Shown piece by piece: positions 52,604 through 63,891 of a stretch of DNA of 64,000 nucleotides (positions are counted from its first letter, which is position 1; every line of letters begins with the position of its first letter). The stretch comes from Lepidodermella squamata. Taxonomy: Eukaryota > Animalia > Gastrotricha. The stretch covers positions 992,001 through 1,056,000 of the forward strand of contig JBLDXI010000021.1 in assembly GCA_047495785.1 (NCBI GenBank), read 5' to 3'. A program made the position numbers and the translations under genes. The notes beneath the pieces were generated by a model. The model did no database searches, was not told the origin of the DNA, and saw nothing but the letters and a program-made list of their open reading frames with translations.

Positions 52604-53794
52604 ATGAGTTTAATTAACTCCATAATTTTCGCGCTCTGCGTTGTTGGTCTATCAAGAGCTGCCACTACATTCTGGACCTATGAAGGTAAATATAAACAGA
52701 AGAAATGTTGCGTAATATTGTTTATCAACTTATTGGATTATTAAGGTGCAGCAAGATGGGCCGATTTGTGCGCAAATGGTCGAAAACAGTCGCCAGTGAA
52801 CATCATCACTTCACAGGCTATGTTCGATCGAAATCTCTACAACAACCCGCTTGTATTTTCCAACTACTCAGGCAACATAACTGGAGATTTCGCCAACACT
52901 GGCTATACAGGTAAGTATATCAAAATCGAAATTTTAATTTTAATTTTTAATAATAATTTTGCAGTTCAATTTGATATTAGCAAATCAATCCCAGCAGCTT
53001 ATCGGCCTCGTCTTCGCGGCGCTGGATTGCCAGCCGGCAGCCAATACGTTTTCGACAATGTTCACTTTCATTGGGGCAATAGCTCGACAGGCCACGGCTC
53101 CGAACACGTTATTGACGGCGAATCGGCCGCAATTGAAGCTCATTTCGTCCACTACAACACAAAATACACCTCCATTGCAGATGCTTCAATCCACCCAGAC
53201 GGCCTAGTTTCACTTACATTTTTGCTTGAAATCGATAGAAAACCAGGCAGTAACGTTTCTAATACTACATCAGGAGTTGATTACGACCAGTTAACCCGGT
53301 TCATTTCGCGAATTGTTAATCAGGATTCAAAACTGCGCATCCAAATTGATTTATCCACCCTGATTCCAGCAGTGACAATATTCGGGCAAAATGCGACTTT
53401 TTTCAAATACGACGGCTCCATGTCAACACCGCCGTGCCTTGAAGTTGTTCAGTGGTTTGTTTTCGAGCAGCGAATTTACCTGCCTAAGGAGATTCTCGAT
53501 CGATTTTGGCTTGCTACTGTTAAGAGGGACAACACTACAGCAATGTTATTTAACACTTATCGACCTCTTCAAAATTTGGCTGGCCGAATAGTACGAACTA
53601 ATCGGGCGATTAACTTCGAACAACCTAATTTGACAACTATGGTAATGGTCGCGAAAAATTATACTAACAGCAGTGTTGAAGTTCGGAAGAATAACGCAGC
53701 GTCTATTCACTATTGTCCTGTCATTTTTGTTTGTCTTTTCCTTCAATTGAGCAAATTTATCTCAGACAATCACGATTGCCTCCTCGATCAGTGA
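52604..53794 (+). CDS. CA11: alpha-carbonic anhydrase, Zn triad intact (M198/S199)
   Basis: NVHFHWG, GSEH, EAHFVH, DGSMSTPPC, NTYRP. Confidence 0.92.
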
Positions 53795-54221
53795 TGTTAA
53801 TAAGCTTTAGTGATTGGCTGATTTCGGGTAATCGTAATCGTGAATTCGAAGAGCCCTGTAAGTAAAATTAATCGTGTATCTGAGTGTGAGAATCGATTTC
53901 AACTTGTAATCCCATCAATAAAGCGAAACATATCGTTTGACCTATTTCAAGCCGCTGATACATTGGATTGTCCCCAGTAAACCAATATGTGATAGATTTA
54001 AAAAAAGTGAACGCTCTTTGCCTGAACCTCTCGGACTAGATCTTCACGTGTAATTTCATGCTTCACTAATCAGTGAACATCTTATTTAGCCTTAAGGTTG
54101 ATAAATTCAAAAATCGTCAAAACATTTAATGGCGGCTGTAAATAATAGTTTGTCCTATAGGCAGTAAATAGCCGAAAAGCATGCTGGATTTTTTATTTTT
54201 CGGACGATTTTTACAGTTAAA

Positions 54222-54299
54222 ATGAGAGGTCTATGTTGTTGGCTATTGATAATTCCTCTCCTATACCGGTTGATGGGCTAATCCACTGGAACTACTCAG
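54222..54299 (+). pseudogene. Orphan CA-type first exon (signal peptide + HWNYS + donor), frameshifted
   Basis: MRGLCCWLLIIPLLY is in a different frame from VDGLIHWNYS|gtgaaa. It matches the WxYS/T phase-1 exon-1 end of neighbouring CA genes. Confidence 0.6.
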
Positions 54300-54311
54300 G
54301 TGAAACAAAGG

Positions 54312-54476
54312 TACAGCGACAAAACAGCAACTTCGCGAAACAGCGAATGCGACAAAACAGCGAAAAATTACTATGTAAAAGATGCATCGTGCTTCTGCTG
54401 TTATGTCGCAAATTGAAAAAGTTGCTGTTTTGTCGCGTTTGCTGTTTTGGGTATTTGCTGTTATGACGGTCTGCCG
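54312..54476. mobile_element. Small fold-back element (MITE-like remnant)
   Basis: Perfect 18-bp inverted repeat GCGACAAAACAGCAACTT (54316-54333 / 54419-54436), nested GCGACAAAACAGC/GCTGTTATGTCGC pair, repeated AAACAGC units. Confidence 0.6.
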
Positions 54477-54979
54477 AAACAAATTCCAATGTTGCGCTTT
54501 ATTCAGATACTATCCGCGAGTGGCCACTGGTTTCGGCAATTTTTGGAAGCGGTATACCAAGCCCTTTAACCATTGTGATGGGCGTTGAAAGATCGAGGCG
54601 GTCAGCATTATAGTTTGGACGAAATTTCTAAAGATCTCAATATCAATTTTTGTATCGGCTTTGATCCGAAGACATTACCTAAGAAATTAATTGTTAAACT
54701 TGCTTCATTTTATTGGTTTCCTATATGTCTGATTTTGCGTTGTCAAGAGCGTGAATAAAAGTCGTATTAAGGATTCAATATTTTTAGAGATCAACGAATA
54801 GCCCGTCGCTTAGATACTTCAGTTGTTGGCTTGTCACCAGAAAATCGCAACACTAATGGCTGGAGACTAATGGATGGCGACTGAATCGCCCGGTGCAGTT
54901 ACTTGGTGAGCGGCGGATCTCGACTTATTTTCTAAAAAAATATCATTTTTGAACATTTCTGAGCGGAAATCATCTCACC

Positions 54980-57339
54980 ATGTTGGAGATATTAGCTATT
55001 ACGACGCTGATGCTACCATCCATTTTATTGGCAGCCGAGCAGCAGTCTTTTAAACTTTATTCAGGTAAAAATTCACTTCGCCTAATTTTTGTATGCAAAT
55101 TTTCGCTTTTTTTCGTAAGATTTCGGTTGGGCAGCAACGTGTAGCGGTGGCAAGAAACAGAGCCCGGTTAATATCGATACATCCAAAGTTGAAGTCGACC
55201 CTGATCTGCAAGATGATCCACTCATCTTCGATAACTACTCCTGGAATTCGGTATCTGGAAACTTGACCAACGACGGCCTAACTATTAAATTCACAATTGA
55301 CGACACGATTGATGTAAAAACTCGCCCGAGAATCAACGGCGGCGGTCTTGGACAGTTTCCTTACGTCTTCAACCATCTTCAACTGCACTGGGGTAGGTTT
55401 GAGGTGCTTCTCTCGAAGAGAATTGAAAATATTTATTAACCCAGGTAATTCATCGTTTGCCCCAAGTGGGTCGGAACATACGATTGACGGCCAGGCTTCT
55501 CAGGCTGAGGTTCAATTCATCCATTACAACAGCAAATATCAGTCATTTGAGGTTGCCAGCAACAACTTTTCTGATGGTGTCGCTGTGATTGCATTCCTAA
55601 TCGAGACTGTTACTGACCCTAACAAAGTCACTACAGACTACACTCAAATCACCAATCTTACATCGCAAATTACAACTGTTGGTAGCACTGGTAAGTAATA
55701 ACCAACTGAAATTGTGGGGTCTAATAACACATTATTGTCAAGTTTCGACCTCACTGGATTTCGGTTCCCTTGTTCCATACTCAGCTCTCGCTAGTTCGGC
55801 TCGTTTTTACCGATATGGAGGCTCTTTAACCGCCCCGCCCTGCAGAGAGGTAGTGAACCTTTCAGCTTTGTATTTAGCAATTTAAAATGTGATCTCTCAA
55901 GGTGGTTACCTGGACTGTTTTCCAAGACAAAATACAGATGATGCCGAATGTATTGGATGATCTTCGCAAAGTTTTGGCTAATATCGAAGACGGAGATTCT
56001 AGCCGTGTTGTAACCATGGTTAACAACTACCGACCAGTTCAAAACTTGAACGGACGCGTTGTCACTAGCAACCAAGGCAATGATTCATCGATCAGTGGGA
56101 ACTCATCGGTCCCTGTCAGCCGAAATAGAACATCTATCACGACTACAACTCAAGAACCAGTTACATATCCTTGGGATTATTCTGGTCAGTATATTAAAAT
56201 TTGAATTTGAATTAATTGAATTGATTTTAATTTTTGAAATTGTATGAAAATTCAATTTTTTCCGCAGATACATCGGCTTGGAATGAATCGAGTAAAACTT
56301 GTTCAGTTGGAAAGCGGCAAAGTCCCATCGATATCTGGACCCACACCGCAGTCTATGATTCAAAACTGGCTAGTGATCGGTTGATTTTCGATCGATACAA
56401 CGGTCAAATCGGTGGCGAATATGCGAATGAAGGCTCAACTGTCAAGTTTACCATTGACAAGTCAATTTCGGCTGACAAACGGCCTAGAATCTACGGCGGT
56501 GGGCTTGGCGAGAAGGGTTACATCTTCGAGCAATTCCACCTTCACTGGGGTAAAGTGTCGAAAGGACCTGGCTCGTGCATGGGTGCGGAGCATCTCATAA
56601 ACAGCAAATCAGCACCGGCTGAAATTCACTTCGTCCACTACAACGCAAAGTACAAATCACTAGCGGAATCTCTCGGCTATTCAGATGGCCTAGCAGTTGT
56701 TGGTTTCTTCCTCGAAACTGTGGTCGACCCTAGTCTGGTGAAAAGCGACTACGAGCAGGTCACTAATTTGACCTCGCGAGTGCGTCGGGCTAGCAATAAA
56801 AGTAAGCGATGAATTATTACTAGACGATTTTATTACTTTATTATTTCGACTTTTTAGCTGGCACTAAATTTGACTTCGCAAAGCTGATTCCTTCGACGGC
56901 TTCGTCAGGCAAGGGTGTCTACTACCGTTACGATGGATCACTGACCACGCCACCTTGCAGTGAAGTCGTGACTTGGACTGTTTTCGAGGAGGCTATCCCT
57001 GTCCTAGCGTCCAGCCTTGACAGCCTTAGGGAGGCCACGAAATTCGTCAAAACTGATAATGGCTCAGATTCCACCCAAAAAATCACGATACCTGTTGAAC
57101 TGAGCAACAACTATCGCCCAGTTCAACAGCTGAATGGTAGAGTCGTGAAAACGAACTACCCACCCGGTTCTCGGTGGAATGGAGAAGCTAATACGAAAGA
57201 TTCGGGCAAAACGGCTGCTGGCTCTAACGCTACAACTCCCGCAAGCCAAGCTGATGCCGATGCTGTTAAGAAGAACAGCGCGATCAATATTCAATTCAAC
57301 GTAGCATTATTTATCGTCCTGATCTCGATTTTTTATTGA
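54980..57339 (+). CDS. CA12: double-domain alpha-CA (acatalytic domain 1, intact domain 2), GPI-like tail
   Basis: Domain 1 has NHLQLHWG/EVQFIH/GSLTAPPC, then a Ser/Thr linker ending PWDYS|. Domain 2 has QFHLHWG/GAEH/EIHFVH/GSLTTPPC. Confidence 0.9.
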
Positions 57340-57968
57340 AAAATTGGGAATTAATGACATTTTTAGCTAATTTATTGTTAAATTAATTGAAGAAATTTAA
57401 TGTTGTTTCAAGTATATCTTTTCACAGTTTTATCGGTGATTTTTGGAGCCGCCTTAATATTTCAGATTGTCGATAGTTTTTGTGTTAGTAAAAAAATCAT
57501 TAATCGAGAAACTTCCTTTTTACGTAAAAAACAATCCTAGTGGTGTTTCAACCTGAATGAAGAGACAGCTATCTGTCTACGAGAACGCGACTCATCCAAA
57601 ATGTTGCTATGGTCGCCATGCCAACAGTACCAACGATTTCCGATTAATAAAATTGCAATTTCCCCGAGGTGTCTTCAACCCTAAAAATGGCGACAGTTAC
57701 TATCTGCTTCATTGAATTATTGATGATCGAGGCGCAAGGTAGATACCGGCCGTCACTATTGTTGTAGTCAACGGCGACATGTGGACGCGAGGTGGGCAAT
57801 ACCATGAGTAATAGAAATCATATAGTGGCGAAATTCGATATCTAATTAAGTTCCGCGTGTGCGCATCAATAATCGTCGGTTATTTTAGCAACACGCCGGT
57901 GCCTTGGTGAATAAGAGCGCTTCATCGCAATACCTGTGTTACAGATTTCAGCCACTTTATATCACAAA

Positions 57969-60900
57969 ATGCTACTTCCAGTTTTTATCGCATTTCTTAG
58001 CTTATCCGCGGAGTCTGTTGAGTCCGCAGGAAGTGGGAGTTGGGGTTATTCAGGTAAAAATTAGCCCTTTAATTAAATAATTCCATTATAATAAAATTTC
58101 CAGATGCGGACAGTTGGGACCAAACTTGTAGCGATGGCAAGCGGCAGAGTCCTATCGATATCCGAACCAACTACGTCGTAGGCGATGCAAGTTTGGCAGC
58201 TGATCGGCTCATCTTCGACCGATATATCAACCAAACTCTCGCGGGAAATTACGTGAATACCGGCAAAACTGTTCAATTCACGATTAGCAGCTCCATTGCG
58301 GCGTCGCGACGGCCCCGAATTTACGGCGGGGGCCTCGGCGCCCAGGGCTACATCTTCGAACAACTCCACTTTCATTGGGGCCGATATTCGTGGGCTTCTT
58401 ACGGGTCTGAGCATTTGCTCGATGGCAATGCTTACCCGGCTGAAGTTCACCTGGTTCACTACAACAGCAAGTACGCGTCGTTTTCAGAGGCTGTTAAAAA
58501 CCAAGATGGCCTAGCTGTTATCGGATTTTTCTTCACCTCGACGACTGATCCAAAGGATATTGATACCGATTACACCCAAATCACCAATATGACGAATCAA
58601 ATCGTGGTCGAAAATGATAAAGGAGGTATGGATCGATTTTTCCTGAATTTTTTGGATTTTTTTATTTCCATTTTCATAGTGCCAATAACTATCGATTTCG
58701 GCAAGCTGATTCCTGGTTCTGCTAGAGCTGGGACCGGGAAATACTTCCGATATGACGGGTCATTGACTACCCCGCCATGTATTGAAGTAAGGGAACACAA
58801 ATTTATCGATTTATCGGCCCTAATTTTGCTATTTAAGGTTGTGACATGGACCGTTTTCGAGGAATTAGTGCCGATTCTCGGTGGGGCGTTGGATGACTTG
58901 CGGCGAGCCACGTGGACCGTGTCACCCTCCGGCCGTGATGATGAGACATGGGTCGAATCGATTGAGAATAATTACAGGCCCGTTCAGCCTATCAATGGCC
59001 GTGTCATTAAAATGAACCGACGCCCGCCGGCCGAAAAATACTGGGACTATTCGGATACTTCGAAATGGGCTGATATCAACCCGGTCTGTGAGACTGGCCA
59101 ACGCCAGAGCCCTGTTGACATTCAAACGCGATTTGTTGCGGCGGACACGGCACTGGCGAGTGATCGACTGGTTTTCGATCGATGGAACGCGTCTTTTACG
59201 GGCAGCTATGCTAACAACGGCAAGGGCGTGCAGTTCACTATCGATTATTCGGTCAGTGCTGATAAAAGGCCTAGAATTTACGGCGGTGGGCTTGGGTCAG
59301 ATGGCTACATCTTCGAGCAATTTCACATTCATTGGGGTAATATTTCATTTTCTCAAATTTTTCAAAATTTTAATTTTTTGAAATTTTAGGAAATTCTTCC
59401 CGACCGAATAATCCAATCGGAGCCGAGCATTTTATCGATGGTCGTTCAGCCCTGGGCGAGATTCATTTTGTCCACTATAACAGCAAATACGGGTCAATTG
59501 GAGAGGCGATTGGCAATGATGACGGTCTCGCCGTAATCGGGTTTTTCTTCGAAGTTGTAACCGATCCGAATTTCGTGAAAACCGACTACATTCAAGTGTC
59601 CAATCTCACCTCGAAAATTATTCAAAGCGGCTCGAGCAGTATGATGAAATAATTATTAATTTGGTAAAATATTCTGGTAATTTTTCCCTAGCTCAAGCGA
59701 CATTCAATTTCGGGAAATTTTTACCTACATCGGCTTCGGTTGGTTCAGGAATTTTTTACCGTTACGACGGCTCGTTGACAACCCCGCCATGTGCCGAAGT
59801 CGTTACTTGGACTGTTTTCGAGGAAAGAATCGCCATTCTGGCTTCGGCCTTGGATGATTGGAGGAAAACTACGACAAACAAGCGAACAGTCTACACGAGT
59901 AACGTGACCACCGTAGTTCCGATCACCAACAATTTTCGAGAGATTCAAGAGCTGAATTCGAGAGTGATCCGATCAAATCGACTGCCGCCTGGTGCTGTCA
60001 CATTCCGGCCCAGTTCTACAACTTCGACGATCAGGACTACAACAACTCGCCCGGCCGGAACAACCAGAACCGTCAAAGTCGTTAAAATTCCAGAAAAACC
60101 GTGGGATTATTCGGGTGAGAATTTGCTGTATAAACAGGGCATCTACCTGATATATAAAATCGGGAAATTTCTTAAATTATAAAATTCAAGCTTAATTTCT
60201 CAAGTTTCTTCAACATTCGTCCCAACTTTAAATTCTAGTTGTCTAACGTTGGCCGTAAATTTTATACATTTTTATAAATTATTCATAAATTTCAAAAAAT
60301 TAGGAAAAATTAGAAAGAATTCTCAAAATTTAATGGAAAATCAGGAATGCCCACCATTGCTTCATTTAAATCAGAAGCAAAGGCTGTTTTAACCTTCGAA
60401 AAACATTATTTGTCAAAAATAACCCTTCGTTAAGGTCTCTTCTCAATTAATTGAATTAGTTAATCTTCAATTTTTAGACCAAGATTATTGGGCCGAGTAC
60501 AACGAAGTTTGCAGATCAGGCAAGCAACAAAGCCCGATCGACATTCAAACAAGAACCGTGCAAAGCGATTCGCAACTCGCGAAAGACCCGTTATTTTTCG
60601 ACCGGTGGCAGTCAGTCAGCGGTGATTACTACAACAACGGCTATGGCACTCAATTCACAGTTAACAAGTCCATCCCAGTCGATAAACGGCCTCGAATCTA
60701 CGGCGGCGGTCTCGGCGCGAAGGGCTACATTTTCGAGCAGTTTCACATTCACTGGGGCAGGTATGCGAAACCGGGCGCGTGCATGGGTGCTGAGCATCAA
60801 ATCAACAGTCGAGGTGCGGCTGGTGAAATTCATTTCGTCCACTACAATTCGAAATACAAGTCTTTTACGGAGGCGATTGATTACGCCGACGGCTTGGCTG

Positions 60901-61517
60901 TAGTCGGGTTCCTTCTCGACGTAACAACCGATGCGAGTCAGGTTAAAGTCGACTACGATCAAGTGACAAATTTAACCCAACAAATTTCAATGCCTCTTGC
61001 AAAAGGTAAAAAATATCCACCTTAATTGAAATTTGACAAAAATTCCGAATTTCTCGCAGTGCCTGCTCAGTTCAATTTTGGCAAATTGATTCCACCCTCG
61101 GCGATCAAGCCCGGAATTTTCTATCGCTACGACGGGTCACTAACTACCCCGCCATGTATTGAAGTCGTGACCTGGACGGTTTTTGAAGAGCGTGTCCCAC
61201 TTTTAGCCCGAACTATGGCAGCTTTGCAATCAGCCCTGGCCAATGTGACCATCAACGACGCTGTTTCGAACGATACCTACAACATTCTTATGCCGATAAA
61301 TGACAACTTCCGAGATCTTCAGAGCTTGAATAAAAGAGTTGTTAGGACGAATCGGGTCGAACCGGTGACTACGACACCAGCGGCGCCTCAAGCAGTGGTC
61401 GCGGTCATGAAGAACGAAACGACAAATTCGACAAAATCTAATGCGCCGAGTCAGCCTGCCTGTAATTATTATTATCAATTCGTCGCTCTTCTTCTAGCGG
61501 CATTTTCTCTTATTTAA
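57969..61517 (+). CDS. CA13: triple-domain alpha-carbonic anhydrase, all three Zn triads intact, GPI-like tail
   Basis: One signal peptide and three consecutive QSP/HxHWG/ExHxVH/GSLTTPPC/NxR sets joined in frame (RRPPAEKYWDYS; Thr-rich linker ending PWDYS|). Confidence 0.9.
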
Positions 61518-61696
61518 AGGCGTAAGAGACATCTTTCATCCTTACCTGTGATACCCCTTGAATATTTTCCTGCTGTCTGAATAATTTAAAATAAATAACG
61601 GAATTTTATCAGATTTATTCAAAAAACTTGGCAAGGGTTTTCAGATATATCTATAGCTAGTTGAACATTTCAAGGTTTTGTGAGCTGTATCGCTGG

Positions 61697-62913
61697 CTAT
61701 AACAAAAATTTAGCAAACAACGAGGAAAAAATAATGACCAGAATTTTGGCTTTAGATTGTAATTCTGCTGAGTTTGCCTTCTTTGCTAATAGCAGAGAAT
61801 TCGTGTAAATTTTTCGAAGGCTGACATTTTGAATGGGCCGATAACTGGCAGCCATCGGCGTTTTCCCGCCATCCGACATCGATTTAGCGAAAAAGCTAGT
61901 CGCGAAAACTTTGATTTGATTCGGATTGGCATGAATCGCATTGCCAAAAACAGTCCATTGCACGGATTCGTAACACGGCGGTGCGGTTAATGAGCCGAAA
62001 TACCGGTAATATTTCGCGGTCGATTGAATCGAAGTCGACGTAACAGTGTTGTTACATTTCCCAGCTCGTTGCCACGCTTTGAAGGGTAGTAATTGGCTCA
62101 AATTCAGGTAGGTTTGAGCTGAATAGTCTTCGAGTTCAATTGCCGAAAAATTGCTGATTAATTCTGAATAATCAGCCTCGAATTCTCCAGTTCCTGTGTG
62201 GACTGGCTCGACCATGAAGGCAACAATTGCTAGGCCATCTTGTTTATTCACGCTGTTCTTATAGGATTTATAAGCCTGGTTGTAGTGGACGAATTGAATT
62301 TCGAGCGGCGTCGCCCAGTACTCGTCGCCTTGTAGATGCTCGGAGCCGCGCGTGCATGACCCCTCGTTGATCACGTCGCCCCAATGAAAGGCAATGTGGT
62401 CGAGGATGTACCACGAATTAAGGGTGCTGCCTGAAATTCGAGGCAAAAGTCGCGTTTCGTTAATTGCATTTGCAGACAAGGTCCACGTTACTGTATAATT
62501 TTTTTAAATTTTCAAAAAATTAATTAAAAAATCAAAATTAAAAACCGATTCTCCCATTGTTCTGCAAAACTCCTGGGAACGACCGTGACTCATCCGGGTA
62601 GTTGTCGAACCGCAGAGGGTCCTTAACCAGCTTGTCGCTGTATTCCGCATGGGCGGGTGCGAGATAAATTGGCGATTGGTACTTGCCATTGCCGCATAAA
62701 GGGTAACTCAAAGGCCACGCACTGATATCTGTAATTCACCAAATTTCGTGAGCGCAATGTAGTGTGATCGTTTATTTTACTTGTATAAGTCCAATGAGGA
62801 TCCACTGGTCCGATAACCGTGTTGTTATATTGGCAATTGATCGGAAAAATTAATAAGGACAGAGTAAATAGCAGTGAATCATAGCGCTGATTGATCAGTG
62901 TAGAATAAATCAT
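61697..62913 (-). CDS. CA14: acatalytic alpha-CA-related protein, GPI-like tail
   Basis: DHIAFHWG, GSEH, LEIQFVH, GSLTAPPC, ASYRP. Confidence 0.9.
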
Positions 62914-63660
62914 TTTAAGGTGGTTTATTTTGAAACAATAATAAATGTTTTGAGGGTATCAGCGAGAGCCAGCAACATGTGTGGCCTTCGGTAACTTTTA
63001 GCGAATGCGCATATTTAAAACGGAAATTGTTAGCCGCGGTGAGTGATGCGGCTCTGAAAACACGTTATTCAGTCATCATCACTCATCACCGAGGTCAACG
63101 CATCAAATTACACTACCCTCGCCCACCGTCAGGCCACAATAGCTATTATCTTTCCTCACTTGGCCAGGTCACTTCCAAGTTGGGGCAAAAAATACGAGAA
63201 CTGCGTGGCTTTCATTGACTGAAAACGATAATTAAAATTGTACTTGCTATATTTCGGCAGCAGAAAACAGCTTTATTCCAGTGCAGTGTGACTCACCAAT
63301 TATTTTCGCTCCAGGTCAGCAGTTCATTATCGATATCATATCGTTATTATTATCGATCATAGCGATGATCGGCCGCTTTCGATAATAAATGCAGTAATAA
63401 ATAAAGAAATGAATTTTCAGAGTGCTTTTAGCGAACGATCGGCTTGTAATATGATTTTTTGAGAATTGCTTCATTAGGAGTAAAAAATCATTGCCTGGTA
63501 TAGACGAAAGTTATTTCAATGTGATGGATAGAAATAGAATGATAGAAAAAACTGCACCTTTATAACACATTTTGCCAGAATTTATCCTATTTTCAGCAGC
63601 ATTTACTGTGTGCTTTTAGTTCAAATGACCAAATGAATCAGTTTTATTTTCGTCGCTAGC

Positions 63661-63891
63661 TGCACCCGCGCGCTGGGTGCACAGAATTTGCTCGCTACAC
63701 CCTCGGGTGCAGGATTATAGCTAGTTACACCCAGAAGGTGCGCGAAAATAGCTGCGTGCACCCGCATCTGGGTGCGACCATTTTGCTACGTACACCCAAT
63801 ACATTTGATTGGACGGTAATGAAATCACGGGTGCAGAGAGAAAAACCCTTGTCTATTGTGTCTATTCCTCCAAGGAAAAACCGCTACACCC
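63661..63891. repeat. Array of ~32-bp-spaced palindromic TRCACCC...GGGTGC units
   Basis: TRCACCC at 63661, 63696, 63726, 63757, 63791 and 63885. GGGTGC at 63675, 63705, 63770 and 63829. Confidence 0.7.

Noticed and set aside
63661-63800. CRISPR-like appearance of the spaced palindromes
   Set aside because: Eukaryotic context, degenerate 6-7 bp motifs, no constant repeat length and no cas genes.
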